DNA of 64,000 nt from Alphaproteobacteria bacterium (lineage in GTDB: Bacteria > Pseudomonadota > Alphaproteobacteria > RF32 > CAG-239), in NCBI GenBank assembly GCA_045633945.1, contig JAZQZH010000021.1:30808-94807 (forward strand). The letters run 5' to 3'. Shown one piece after another: positions 18,874 through 28,194 of this stretch (within the stretch, counting starts at the first letter, position 1; each line of letters begins with the position of its first letter). The notes under the pieces were generated by a model. It made no database searches and was not told the DNA's origin. It worked only from the letters and a program-made list of their open reading frames with translations. The translations under genes were made by a program, and so were the position numbers.

Positions 18874-21214
18874 TATTTATTAATCTCCCAATTTTTTTGA
18901 ACTTGAATGTTTTTAGCACTAATAAAACAATAAACATTATGCCAAGAAAGATAAAAGGAAAGACAAGGATTAAGATAATGGTTAATCCTAAAATAATGTT
19001 TTTATAGTCATTTCCGATCATAGCTTTTGTTCTATTTAATTCATCGGTTGTTTCTTCTATTTTCTGCTCAATTTTACTCATGTCTCCAATATTTTTAACT
19101 GAAGCAAATTTTTTAGTATGTAAAACACCATAAAAATCATCTCTTTTCTTTTGATTTTCATCAATAATATTTTGTAATTTTTGTAAAGTATCTTTATAGC
19201 GCTCATTTATATGATTTATAATAGCTTTTCCAATGCTTAAAAAGTTAAGATTGTAGTGATGATATCTAATCATATCTTCAGATTTACTGTTTGTTATATA
19301 ACTCATCAGTCTTTGCATAAATAAAATATTATCAGTAACTGGAATTATATCATAAAAATAATCTGATTTGCTTTCCTTTGATGTAGTTAGATAATCTTTT
19401 ATAAAATCTGTATCATTAAAAAACACAACTCTTCCACTTTTTTTCGAAAAAGGAATAATTGCTTCATAATCTTTTGCAATGGATGTATGGTTTGAAGCAA
19501 AATATCCTTCTGATATTGCAGAGATACTATTGTTTTCATAGTTGAGAATTGATTGTATTTTATAATTTTTATCTTCTAATAAATCAATTTTTCCAGGATT
19601 ATGAATAACCACAGATCTTATGTCTTTAGATGTGTGCTCAAAATTGGAAATTGCAGGAATCAAAGGAAAGTCGTTCGTATTAATATATTCATCGACAATA
19701 TATATACCAAAAGTGCTTAAAAACTTAACAATTTGTTCTCCAGAATATGACATTAAATCATTGTGTTCAGCTAAGAATAGTAAAGAACCACCATTTAGAA
19801 CATATTGTTCAATAGTAAGTAAAGATTCTGTAGAAAAATATTTAGGTTTAATTATGATAAGCGCATCAAAGCTATCATCAACAAAGTATGGAATAGTATC
19901 AAAATAAACAACATTATAAAACTCTTTGAGCATTCCTTCAAAACTAGAATATAAAGTTTTTTCTGTTGGATGAACAAATAATCCAATCTTTTTCTTTTCA
20001 TTACCAAAATTTTTTATAATTCTTACTATATCAGCCTCTAACAAATTCTGTCTCATGCTATGTAGTGATTTTATGAAATTATAGTTTCCTTCATTATCTA
20101 AGAACTCCATAGCTATATATCTCTTGTAACCTAAATTGTCTTCATCAAAAACAATACCATCATTTATAAGGCGCCTTTCTAAACTGCTAAAAGGCTCAAC
20201 AAGTGTTACATTAACACGAATAATACCATTTGATTGTTTTTCAAAGGCTCGTAAAATTTTTTCAACAAAGGTTGCATAAACAGCATAGTTAGAATTAGCA
20301 TTACTACGTGAATTTTTAGATTCGTACAAAGTTATATCAATTCTTTTATCTATAGACTTTAAAATATTATCTGTTTCTTTTGATAAAGTTAATCGCTTCT
20401 CATCTGTGATATCAAACTGTTTATCAAAACAAGTTGATACGCCAACAATAGTAAATATAAATATTAGAGAAAAAGTCAAAACTAAGTAACAGAAAATAAA
20501 TTTATCTTTATTTGATGTTGCTTTTCTTAAATGAATGCCTATAACGTTCAACCAAATAAATAAAATTGTAGCAATTATAAAATAAACAAAGTTATTCAAA
20601 GACAATACACCACTTAAAAATGCAATAAAATTATCTTCAAAGCTAAGATGATTTATTGGCAGGTTGCCAATAAGATTAAATCTAATCTGTGTTATAAAAA
20701 ATAACATAAAAATAGTGGCAATATAGCTTAATATATTATTTTTACAAAATACAGATATTGAACATCCAATAGAAGTAAATAGAGCACCGCAAAGAAGCAG
20801 ACCAATATAGCCTGATACAACAACACCAATATCAAGCATTGAAACCAAATTAGAGAAAATAAATAATAATATAGAAGACAATATTAGTAATACAAAAAAA
20901 CAATATGAAGCAAAAAATTTAGCTAACACTATTGTTAAATAACTAATAGGCTGAGTAAGCAGTATTTCAATAGTTCCAGTTTTTATTTCCTCAGCCCATG
21001 ATCGCATGGTTATTGCTGGAATTATAAATAATAAAATAATTGGTTGCATAACAAAAAATGAGTTCATTATATCCGATTCTCTTAAAAAATAATCGCCTAG
21101 ATATATAGTCGTAAAAAGAGATAATATATAATAAGCACCCAAAATAACATACGCATTTAGGTTGGTGAAATTAGCACGAAAATCTTTATTAAATTGAGTT
21201 AAAAATATCTTCAT
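18857..21214 (-). CDS. ABC-2 family permease fused to a GldG-like periplasmic auxiliary domain
   Basis: The N-terminal ~250 aa have 6 TMs (ABC-2/GldF-like). A ~480-aa GldG-like domain follows. The C-terminus is a coiled coil plus TM (IILGLTIILILVFPFIFLGIMFIVLL). It is translationally coupled to the ABC ATPase gene by a 4-nt overlap. Confidence 0.55.
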   Translation of the reverse strand: MKIFLTQFNKDFRANFTNLNAYVILGAYYILSLFTTIYLGDYFLRESDIMNSFFVMQPIILLFIIPAITMRSWAEEIKTGTIEILLTQPISYLTIVLAKFFASYCFFVLLILSSILLFIFSNLVSMLDIGVVVSGYIGLLLCGALFTSIGCSISVFCKNNILSYIATIFMLFFITQIRFNLIGNLPINHLSFEDNFIAFLSGVLSLNNFVYFIIATILFIWLNVIGIHLRKATSNKDKFIFCYLVLTFSLIFIFTIVGVSTCFDKQFDITDEKRLTLSKETDNILKSIDKRIDITLYESKNSRSNANSNYAVYATFVEKILRAFEKQSNGIIRVNVTLVEPFSSLERRLINDGIVFDEDNLGYKRYIAMEFLDNEGNYNFIKSLHSMRQNLLEADIVRIIKNFGNEKKKIGLFVHPTEKTLYSSFEGMLKEFYNVVYFDTIPYFVDDSFDALIIIKPKYFSTESLLTIEQYVLNGGSLLFLAEHNDLMSYSGEQIVKFLSTFGIYIVDEYINTNDFPLIPAISNFEHTSKDIRSVVIHNPGKIDLLEDKNYKIQSILNYENNSISAISEGYFASNHTSIAKDYEAIIPFSKKSGRVVFFNDTDFIKDYLTTSKESKSDYFYDIIPVTDNILFMQRLMSYITNSKSEDMIRYHHYNLNFLSIGKAIINHINERYKDTLQKLQNIIDENQKKRDDFYGVLHTKKFASVKNIGDMSKIEQKIEETTDELNRTKAMIGNDYKNIILGLTIILILVFPFIFLGIMFIVLLVLKTFKFKKIGRLINNAKAS

Positions 21215-21933
21215 TTTTTCCCCTTTTCATTTGTGCTTAAAATGCGAAATGCATCGCTCAAATTATCAGTTCCTGATACTTTTTTAAATTCTTTAATTGT
21301 AGTATCCATGATTATTTTACCATGGGACATCATAACCACTTTATCAGCAATATCTGCATCTTCAAGCACATGTGTCGAAACCAAAACACAATGTTCTTTG
21401 GCATAATTTTGCATGAATTTTCTTATGTCATATTTTTGGTTGGGATCTAAACCATCGGTGGGTTCATCTAAAATTAGAAACATTGGTTTGTGTAGTATAG
21501 CAGAAGCTATTTCAACACGTTTTTTATATCCTTTAGATAAGTTTTCGATTCTTTCTGTTAAAACATCAATGATATTCATTTGTTTAGCTGCATCAATAAT
21601 TGCTTCAGCTATGTTTTTTATATTCCAAACCTTAGCAATCCATTCTAAAAAATCAAAAACAGTCATGTCAGCATAAAGTACAGATAGTTCTGGTACGTAT
21701 CCTATATGTGATAAGGCTTTAATTCTATTTTTTTCAATATCATCATCAAATATAGTAACATTTCCATGTGATGGAGCTAAATATCCCGTCATAACTCTCA
21801 TTAAAGTAGATTTTCCTGCGCCATTTTCTCCAATTAGAGCAATGATTTCTCCAATATTAAAGGATAAATTAATGTCAGATAATGCTATTTTTTTTCCAAA
21901 ATTCTTAGATATATTGCTGATTTTTATCATCAT
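21211..21933 (-). CDS. ABC transporter ATP-binding protein (GldA-like)
   Basis: Walker A GENGAGKST, signature LSKGYKKRVEIASAIL, Walker B LILDEPT. Confidence 0.85.
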   Translation of the reverse strand: MMIKISNISKNFGKKIALSDINLSFNIGEIIALIGENGAGKSTLMRVMTGYLAPSHGNVTIFDDDIEKNRIKALSHIGYVPELSVLYADMTVFDFLEWIAKVWNIKNIAEAIIDAAKQMNIIDVLTERIENLSKGYKKRVEIASAILHKPMFLILDEPTDGLDPNQKYDIRKFMQNYAKEHCVLVSTHVLEDADIADKVVMMSHGKIIMDTTIKEFKKVSGTDNLSDAFRILSTNEKGKK

Positions 21934-22080
21934 AAACTCAAAATGCTGTTGTCTAATAACTATTATCTAACAGAAAATGTTTAAAATTTTCACAATTTTA
22001 TTGGAATTATTACAAAACAATGATGACAATAAATTATTTATAAGCTATAAGATAAAAAAAATATAGTAAGGAGTAATAAA

Positions 22081-22617
22081 TTGGAGGAAAAATATTCCAA
22101 AGAAGAGATGAAGTCAATTCGAATTGGTTTAATGTCTCTATTAGTAATTTTAGTTGTTGTATTTATTACAATTTCACATAACACATCTATAAAAAATGAT
22201 GGGTTAGGTGAAACATATAATATTTATGCTGATTTTGGACGAACCGATGGTCTAAATTTGGGGGACGCGGTTCGTATGTCTGGAGTAACAATTGGTAGAG
22301 TGGTAGCTAATAAATTAGATGAAAATTATACAACAAGATTAACTCTAGAAATATCATCTAATATTAAAATTCCAGATGATAGTAGCGCATCAATAGTTAG
22401 TTTCGGTTTAATTGGCGGGAAATATGTTGAGATAGATGTTGGTGGTTCTGAAGAATATATGGCCAAAGAAAGTACCATTGGATACACACAAGATGCTATG
22501 GTTTTAGAAGAATTGTTAGAGCGCATAATATCTTTGGGAAAGATGAAAAAAGATGCAATAAAAGATGAAAACATTGAAGTAATAGAAGAAGTAGCAGAAG
22601 GAGAAGGTAATGAATAA
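22081..22617 (+). CDS. mlaD: MCE-domain protein (MlaD-like), copy 1
   Basis: N-terminal TM plus MCE domain (YNIYADFGRTDGLNLGDAVRMSGVTIGRVVANKLD...IVSFGLIGGKYVEIDVG). Ends with an acidic tail. Confidence 0.7.
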   Translation: MEEKYSKEEMKSIRIGLMSLLVILVVVFITISHNTSIKNDGLGETYNIYADFGRTDGLNLGDAVRMSGVTIGRVVANKLDENYTTRLTLEISSNIKIPDDSSASIVSFGLIGGKYVEIDVGGSEEYMAKESTIGYTQDAMVLEELLERIISLGKMKKDAIKDENIEVIEEVAEGEGNE

Positions 22618-23065
22618 AAAACCAGTTGAGACAATTATGGGCATGGTAGTACTCGTTGTGGCTGTACTGTTTATGATGTTTGCATATAGAGTATCCGATT
22701 TGCATGTAGTCAAAGGATATGATATAAATGCTAAATTTTTAAAAGTTGGAGGCCTAAACACAGGAGCAGATGTTCGTATCAATGGCGTAAAAGTTGGTAC
22801 AGTTATTGCTCAACAAATAAATAAAGAAGATTATATGGTTGATGTAAAAATGAGTATACTTCCTGAAATAGTGTTACCTAAAGACAGTGTATTGACTGTT
22901 GCAGGAGATGGTTTAATGGGGGATAAGTTTATAAAAATAGAGCCAGGAAAATCATCCGAAAAAGTTATGCCAGGAGAGGTTGTTAAAAATACTAAAGATG
23001 CAAAATCTCTAGAAGATATGGTCGGTGAAATCATTTTTATGGTGACAGGAAATGAAGATAAATAA
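22610..23065 (+). CDS. MCE-domain protein (MlaD-like), copy 2
   Basis: TM plus MCE domain (YDINAKFLKVGGLNTGADVRINGVKVGTVIAQQIN...). Overlaps copy 1 by 8 nt. Confidence 0.7.
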   Translation: MNKKPVETIMGMVVLVVAVLFMMFAYRVSDLHVVKGYDINAKFLKVGGLNTGADVRINGVKVGTVIAQQINKEDYMVDVKMSILPEIVLPKDSVLTVAGDGLMGDKFIKIEPGKSSEKVMPGEVVKNTKDAKSLEDMVGEIIFMVTGNEDK

Positions 23066-23813
23066 AAGTATTATATTGAGCTCAGTACTCGGCGTGTGTA
23101 TTTCTCAGGTAGCAATGTCTGCTGAAATTAATACCAATGCTGCTCTTATGCAAGCAATGGACAAACTAACAGGACGTGTAAATAAAATTACAATTCCTGT
23201 TAATTCTAAAATTGCATTCGGTGATTTTTCTTTGGTTTTACGCGCTTGTAAAAAACATCCTCCAGAAGAAACTCCGGAAAACTTTGCATTTGTTGATGTT
23301 ACGGATAAAAGTTTTGGAACAGAAGAATATAATATATTTAGAGGTTGGATGCTTTCATCTGCTCCTGGTATAAATTCTATTGAACACCCGATATATGATG
23401 TGTGGTTGCTTGAATGTATTGATAGTGAAAATAAGTCTGCAGAAATTTTAACTAAAGAAGAGCTCGATAGAAGAGATAGTCTTCCTACTAAAGATTTTAT
23501 GCAAGGACAAAATATTGCTCAAAATTTAACATCTAAAGATAATGAGATAAAAAGTAAAGAAGTTAAAAAAGCAATACATATTAAAGAATTTATGAATGAA
23601 GATAGAGATATCGAAAAAGAAATTTTTCAAAAAGGCGTTATAGAGGTTGATAATGACGTAATGCGAGATGACGATAGCCCCGAAAATTTGCTTAATTTTA
23701 CTAAGCAAGGTAATAAAGATGTAAAAGAAAATACCGATGCAGATTCTCACTTAATGAGTGATGATATCACAAAAGCTATTGATGAAGAAATAAAACAGCT
23801 ACAAGATTTCTAA
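23052..23813 (+). CDS. Hypothetical secreted protein downstream of the MlaD pair
   Basis: Signal peptide (ILSSVLGVCISQVAMSA). Overlaps the mlaD paralog by 14 nt. Has an acidic C-terminal region. Confidence 0.45.
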   Translation: MKINKSIILSSVLGVCISQVAMSAEINTNAALMQAMDKLTGRVNKITIPVNSKIAFGDFSLVLRACKKHPPEETPENFAFVDVTDKSFGTEEYNIFRGWMLSSAPGINSIEHPIYDVWLLECIDSENKSAEILTKEELDRRDSLPTKDFMQGQNIAQNLTSKDNEIKSKEVKKAIHIKEFMNEDRDIEKEIFQKGVIEVDNDVMRDDDSPENLLNFTKQGNKDVKENTDADSHLMSDDITKAIDEEIKQLQDF

Positions 23814-25363
23814 GATATAGTAATATATATATAAGAAGACATAGCCGCATAAATTATAGAAACAGCCAATATTATATATTGTGCTGTTTTATTTTTGGGT
23901 ATTAAGCTACCAATAATAAAACTTTCAGCAAGCATTATTAAAGTAAATAATCTATAATCTGATGAGCAGATATATGGTAATTCCATTGTATATTTTATTA
24001 TATATCCCCATGTGATTATCCATATAGATATAAATAAAATTGCGTAAGCATTGTTGTAAGTGCTTTTATTTGTAGTTAATATAATAAATCCTAATAAAGA
24101 GACCAATTTAATCACTATATTTATCAAATAAATGATTGTCGCAGCTGCCTCTATATTTTTACTAAATATTCTTAAGTCCCATTCTCCAAAAAGCTCTGTT
24201 TTTATAATGGCCAAAATCATATTCGCATCATTTACATAAGGAACATTCATAAAAGGAGAGGATAGCATTGAGAAGTCTGTTAATCTATCAAATAAAGAAA
24301 GATTATAAAAATTTTGCCCACCTGGAGAGGTGCTAGGTATATTATAAAATTGCATGTCAAATAAAATATGATTGCGTACAATCCATAATAATGACAATGG
24401 AACAGCAATAATTACAAACAAAGAAATTGCTCTTATTGTTTTTTCTTTGTGATTGCTTTTCAATAATTTAAATAAGAAAAATAACGATATGCAAGGAGCA
24501 TATAGTAACATAGATAGTTTTGATAATACTCCAAAACCAAATCCAATAGCTGAAAGTAATATGTGTTTTATCGAGTCTTTTTTATACCACATTAGTATAT
24601 AATAAATAACAAAAACACTCCAAAATAAAACAGCTACATCATTTGATATATATCCTGAAAATAAAAATAAAGTAGGGTTAAAAGATATTAAAATTAGCAA
24701 GGCTAAATATGTCTTTTTTGAAAATCTAAATAAACACAATATGCGAGCTATAAATATAGTTGTTGCTGTTACATAAAATAAAGATAAATACTGTAACCCT
24801 TCATAAGCAACAGAATAAGCATCCCACAATGTATTGCCAATAGTATATACTAGTTTTTGTAATATGAAATTTAAAGGTTGATGGAAAGTATAGTACATAT
24901 ACCAAGGATTAAAATATTTCCAGTTTAGGCCATTTTCTGATATTTTTGATATATATGTAATAATACCTGTTAAATCATGTTGAAGAAAATCAACTTTTGT
25001 ATTTTGAATATAATATAAATGAAAAATGAAAGATAAAGAAATGATTATTGATGAAATATGATATAAAGAGTTTTTATTTTTTATGGCATACCAAGAAATA
25101 AGCAGTGTTTCAATAAGTAATAAAAAAATATCTTTTTCATAGAGGAAAAAATAAAACACCAGAGATAATAAAGTTACCCAAATAACAATAATACGATCTA
25201 TAAATTCTTTTTGTATAAATAAAAATATTGTTGATACCAATATGAAGTTAGAACATTGCGCATTAATATAATGTCCACCAAAAAACATGCCTGCTGATAT
25301 AAAAAACAACAGACATGTTAATGTAAGAAAGCAAAAAGGATTATTTCTAATAAAGTTTATCAC
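23810..25363 (-). CDS. Polytopic membrane protein, putative GT-C fold glycosyltransferase (PMT/ArnT-like)
   Basis: 517 aa with about 12 predicted TMs. An aromatic-rich first loop (LQHDLTGIITYISKISENGLNWKYFNPWYMYYTFHQP) matches GT-C architecture. Lies 12 nt downstream of the TolC-like gene on the same strand. Confidence 0.4.
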   Translation of the reverse strand: MINFIRNNPFCFLTLTCLLFFISAGMFFGGHYINAQCSNFILVSTIFLFIQKEFIDRIIVIWVTLLSLVFYFFLYEKDIFLLLIETLLISWYAIKNKNSLYHISSIIISLSFIFHLYYIQNTKVDFLQHDLTGIITYISKISENGLNWKYFNPWYMYYTFHQPLNFILQKLVYTIGNTLWDAYSVAYEGLQYLSLFYVTATTIFIARILCLFRFSKKTYLALLILISFNPTLFLFSGYISNDVAVLFWSVFVIYYILMWYKKDSIKHILLSAIGFGFGVLSKLSMLLYAPCISLFFLFKLLKSNHKEKTIRAISLFVIIAVPLSLLWIVRNHILFDMQFYNIPSTSPGGQNFYNLSLFDRLTDFSMLSSPFMNVPYVNDANMILAIIKTELFGEWDLRIFSKNIEAAATIIYLINIVIKLVSLLGFIILTTNKSTYNNAYAILFISIWIITWGYIIKYTMELPYICSSDYRLFTLIMLAESFIIGSLIPKNKTAQYIILAVSIIYAAMSSYIYITIS

Positions 25364-25375
25364 AATTATTCTCTA

Positions 25376-27244
25376 TTATAGGTCTCCAGAAGCGCAAGGG
25401 CTACCAACTTGACATTTGTGATACACCTTAGCGCGTCTATATCCATTTAAGCCCTTATATTCCATTGTATGAACATACACATTATTTACGGTAATTGTAA
25501 AACTCAAAACAGCAGAGTTTCCAGTCTTGTCTATTGCGTAAACTTTAATTCTGTATGATCCAACATCGTCTAAAGAAGGGGTTCCTGTAAAGGTGCGAGT
25601 TTCATCACTATATGTTAACCAGCTAGGTAGACCCGCATCATCTAAAGAACCTGCAACCGTTTTATATTCACCATTCCAATTTACTTGTTCGAAAACCTCA
25701 TCTGGTAATCTTATACTAATTTCTGATCCTGCGCCAACAACAGTATCAGGAACAAGAACTCTAGAAGAAATATCAAGAGGAGGTTTCTTGTTCGAAAGAG
25801 GAGTATTGAGGGATTGAGATGCACTAAAAATTCCCTCATTCCATTCATCCAACTTCTTTCTAATACTGATTGCAATAGCAGAAGGTGTTTCATAAAGTAC
25901 ATCAGCATCTACTACATCCATGCCGATACTTGCATATAGGCGGCTGATAGCTTCTTGTAATTCAATATAAGATAAAAATGCATTTGCTTCATCAACAATG
26001 GCTCTTGCCGATTCTAAGTGACTTATAGCCTTGTTAGCTCCTTCTTTGTTCGTGATATCTTCAGCAATACCCTCTGATGTTGTAGCAACCCCCATGTTTA
26101 GGTAATAGTCCTCAATAGCAGATTGATATAGAGCCCATGAAAGATATACTTGGTTTAGAACAATGTTTGTCAATCTCTGGCGCGCTAAAGAGTTATATGT
26201 TTCATTATTTAAAAGTCTAATATCTTCAAATAATGTCATTGATAAATCTCTAGATTCTTTAGACCATTTTCTATTGTAGTAGTTAGGGTCTTGATTATAA
26301 TCGCTATTATCAATTGTATCCATATCCTTGATAACTAATTTTAGTTCTTCTTCAGAAGTAATTGCATCAAATACTCTTAATTCTGGGCGATTCGTTAAGG
26401 CTAGCCACTCAAGTTGTTGTAATTTTGCTCTCATAGAAGGAACGGGGAAGTTACCATATTCTGAACCAGCTAACTTTATTTCAGTTGATGGGTAGAAGCC
26501 AAGTAGACCAGCAAATTGAGCTTGAGCTGTTTCGAATTTTCTGCGTAAATCTGCAAGTTGTTTGATGCTTTCTAAATATTTACGTTTCTTTACAAGTAAG
26601 TTTGTTGAGGGTTTCTTGCCATTCTTGATCAATTCATTAGAGCGAGCACTTAATTCATCTACAACTCTAACAAGATATTCATTCATATCATCAATAACAG
26701 GTATCATTCTTTGAGCGCTAAGTGCTTTCCAATAAAGAGAACGAGCTTCTAGCATAATATTATTGATAACTTTTCTACTTTGTTCACCTGTTAAAATATC
26801 CTGATTGGGATTCTCGCTTTGGTAATACATAGAAGAAACATCAAGTAAATTCCATGAAACTTTTAAGTCTGCAGGAACAGCATCGCTTTCAGATGTTGTG
26901 GCATACCCTAAGTTTTCAGCAATAGTAGAAATATTTGCTGGGGATATATTGTTTTTAACTAGATTCTCTTTATAAGAAGCAAGTCTTCTAGAGTAGTTGT
27001 ATTTGATAGCTAGAGCCATTGCCATATACATATCAATAGGCTTCGTAATACTAGACGGTGTGCCTATATACATATTTTGCATATCGACATCTGCTCTAAC
27101 AGCTCTATCCCAATCCGAATAGTATGCTGACATAACAGGAGCATCTATAGATGTATTATTGTTTGTGTAAGTAGAGCATGCTGATAAAAAACTAACAGCT
27201 ACTCCGATAAAATATATACATTTTTTCATCAAAGTTTCCCTCAA
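25376..27244 (-). CDS. NodT/TolC-family outer membrane factor lipoprotein with an extra C-terminal He_PIG (putative Ig) domain
   Basis: Lipobox FLSAC. OEP-type repeats (LEARSLYWKALSAQRMI..., LADLRRKFETAQAQFAGLLGFYP) over ~470 aa. Then LPSWLTYSDETRTFTGTPSLDDVGSYRIKVYAIDKTGNSAVLSFTITV, the PF05345-like consensus (LPxGL..d..TG.isGTP...G.y...v.a.D..G). A Cys-containing tail follows. Confidence 0.6.
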   Translation of the reverse strand: MRETLMKKCIYFIGVAVSFLSACSTYTNNNTSIDAPVMSAYYSDWDRAVRADVDMQNMYIGTPSSITKPIDMYMAMALAIKYNYSRRLASYKENLVKNNISPANISTIAENLGYATTSESDAVPADLKVSWNLLDVSSMYYQSENPNQDILTGEQSRKVINNIMLEARSLYWKALSAQRMIPVIDDMNEYLVRVVDELSARSNELIKNGKKPSTNLLVKKRKYLESIKQLADLRRKFETAQAQFAGLLGFYPSTEIKLAGSEYGNFPVPSMRAKLQQLEWLALTNRPELRVFDAITSEEELKLVIKDMDTIDNSDYNQDPNYYNRKWSKESRDLSMTLFEDIRLLNNETYNSLARQRLTNIVLNQVYLSWALYQSAIEDYYLNMGVATTSEGIAEDITNKEGANKAISHLESARAIVDEANAFLSYIELQEAISRLYASIGMDVVDADVLYETPSAIAISIRKKLDEWNEGIFSASQSLNTPLSNKKPPLDISSRVLVPDTVVGAGSEISIRLPDEVFEQVNWNGEYKTVAGSLDDAGLPSWLTYSDETRTFTGTPSLDDVGSYRIKVYAIDKTGNSAVLSFTITVNNVYVHTMEYKGLNGYRRAKVYHKCQVGSPCASGDL

Positions 27245-27351
27245 ACATTGTTGTTTAACTAAATATCTACACTAAATATTTTTTAATTGGTAGTATTTTA
27301 TTTGATTTTATACAACTTTCATGTAGAATGATATAAAAGTAGAAAATATTT

Positions 27352-28101
27352 TTGGTGATGACGGCTATGTTTGATTTATTATATACATTATTTAAATATA
27401 AAGAAAAAGATCTGAAAGATGAGCTAGGGTATTATCCTGAAAAGGTAAGTGTGTCAGCTTTTCCTGAGAGAAGATATTTGTGGACATCTAGATTCTTAGT
27501 TGTGTTTTCTTGTATTAGCATGTGTGTTACCATGATTTTAGGATGTGTATTGTGTTTGATGATACCGCAAAAAAAATCAGAAGTTATGCCACTACAGATT
27601 GATTATAAAAAGCATGAGGTTACACGTATGCAGTACGCTGAATATAATGCTTTTGCAAGTAATCTTGTTACAGATAGTGTTATGGCTGATTATATCATAA
27701 ACAGATACACTATTGGTGAAGAATTTGAAGAGTTGGCTAATCGTTATAGTGAAAATGAATTTTTCTATTTGGCTTCAAGTGAAGAGGTGTGGGGGGAGTT
27801 TGAGAGAACAGAGAAGCCATATTTTGAGATGCTACAAAAGACTGGTGTGCGAAGAAAAGTGATAATTGAACAGAGTTATCCTGTCTCATTTAACTTTTGG
27901 CAAGTTCGTTTTCAGACAGTAGATACATATCCTAATAGTGATGAAAAATTAGTTAGTAGCTGGTTGGCATCTATTAGAATGACATTTAGTTTTACAAAAT
28001 ATGACAATAAAAAACAGGGACTAAAAAATCCATACGGTACAAGTGTTGTTGTATATAATTTATCATATTTAGGTCGTAAAACAGTAAAAAAAGAGGAATA
28101 A
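27352..28101 (+). CDS. VirB8-like bitopic protein (NTF2-like periplasmic domain); alternative: Tim44-like domain protein
   Basis: Cytoplasmic N-terminus, a single TM (FLVVFSCISMCVTMILGCVLCLMI), then a ~180-aa domain ending ...LKNPYGTSVVVYNLSY, which resembles the VirB8 NPxG(F)xV..Y C-terminal signature. Confidence 0.4.
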   Translation: MVMTAMFDLLYTLFKYKEKDLKDELGYYPEKVSVSAFPERRYLWTSRFLVVFSCISMCVTMILGCVLCLMIPQKKSEVMPLQIDYKKHEVTRMQYAEYNAFASNLVTDSVMADYIINRYTIGEEFEELANRYSENEFFYLASSEEVWGEFERTEKPYFEMLQKTGVRRKVIIEQSYPVSFNFWQVRFQTVDTYPNSDEKLVSSWLASIRMTFSFTKYDNKKQGLKNPYGTSVVVYNLSYLGRKTVKKEE

Positions 28102-28194
28102 ATATAAAATATTTTTACTTTTGTTTACCATTTATTGAAGAAATTGTTTTATCCTAATCTGAGTTAATATAATTTAATTGAGGATTTTAGATAA

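Noticed and set aside
17929-21933. Assigning this ABC operon as the missing MlaFE partner of the adjacent MlaD genes
   Set aside because: The permease is ABC-2/GldF-like with a large GldG-type periplasmic domain, not MlaE-like. The operon is divergent from mlaD rather than co-transcribed with it.
22496-22705. Minus-strand ORF with a poly-Leu run (LLLLLLLLLL)
   Set aside because: It is the reverse-complement reading of the GAA/GAG-rich acidic tail of the first mlaD gene and is an artefact.
27352-28101. Trigger factor (tig), expected upstream of clpP
   Set aside because: The product is only 249 aa with a TM segment and an NTF2-like domain. It has none of the tig ribosome-binding or PPIase motifs.
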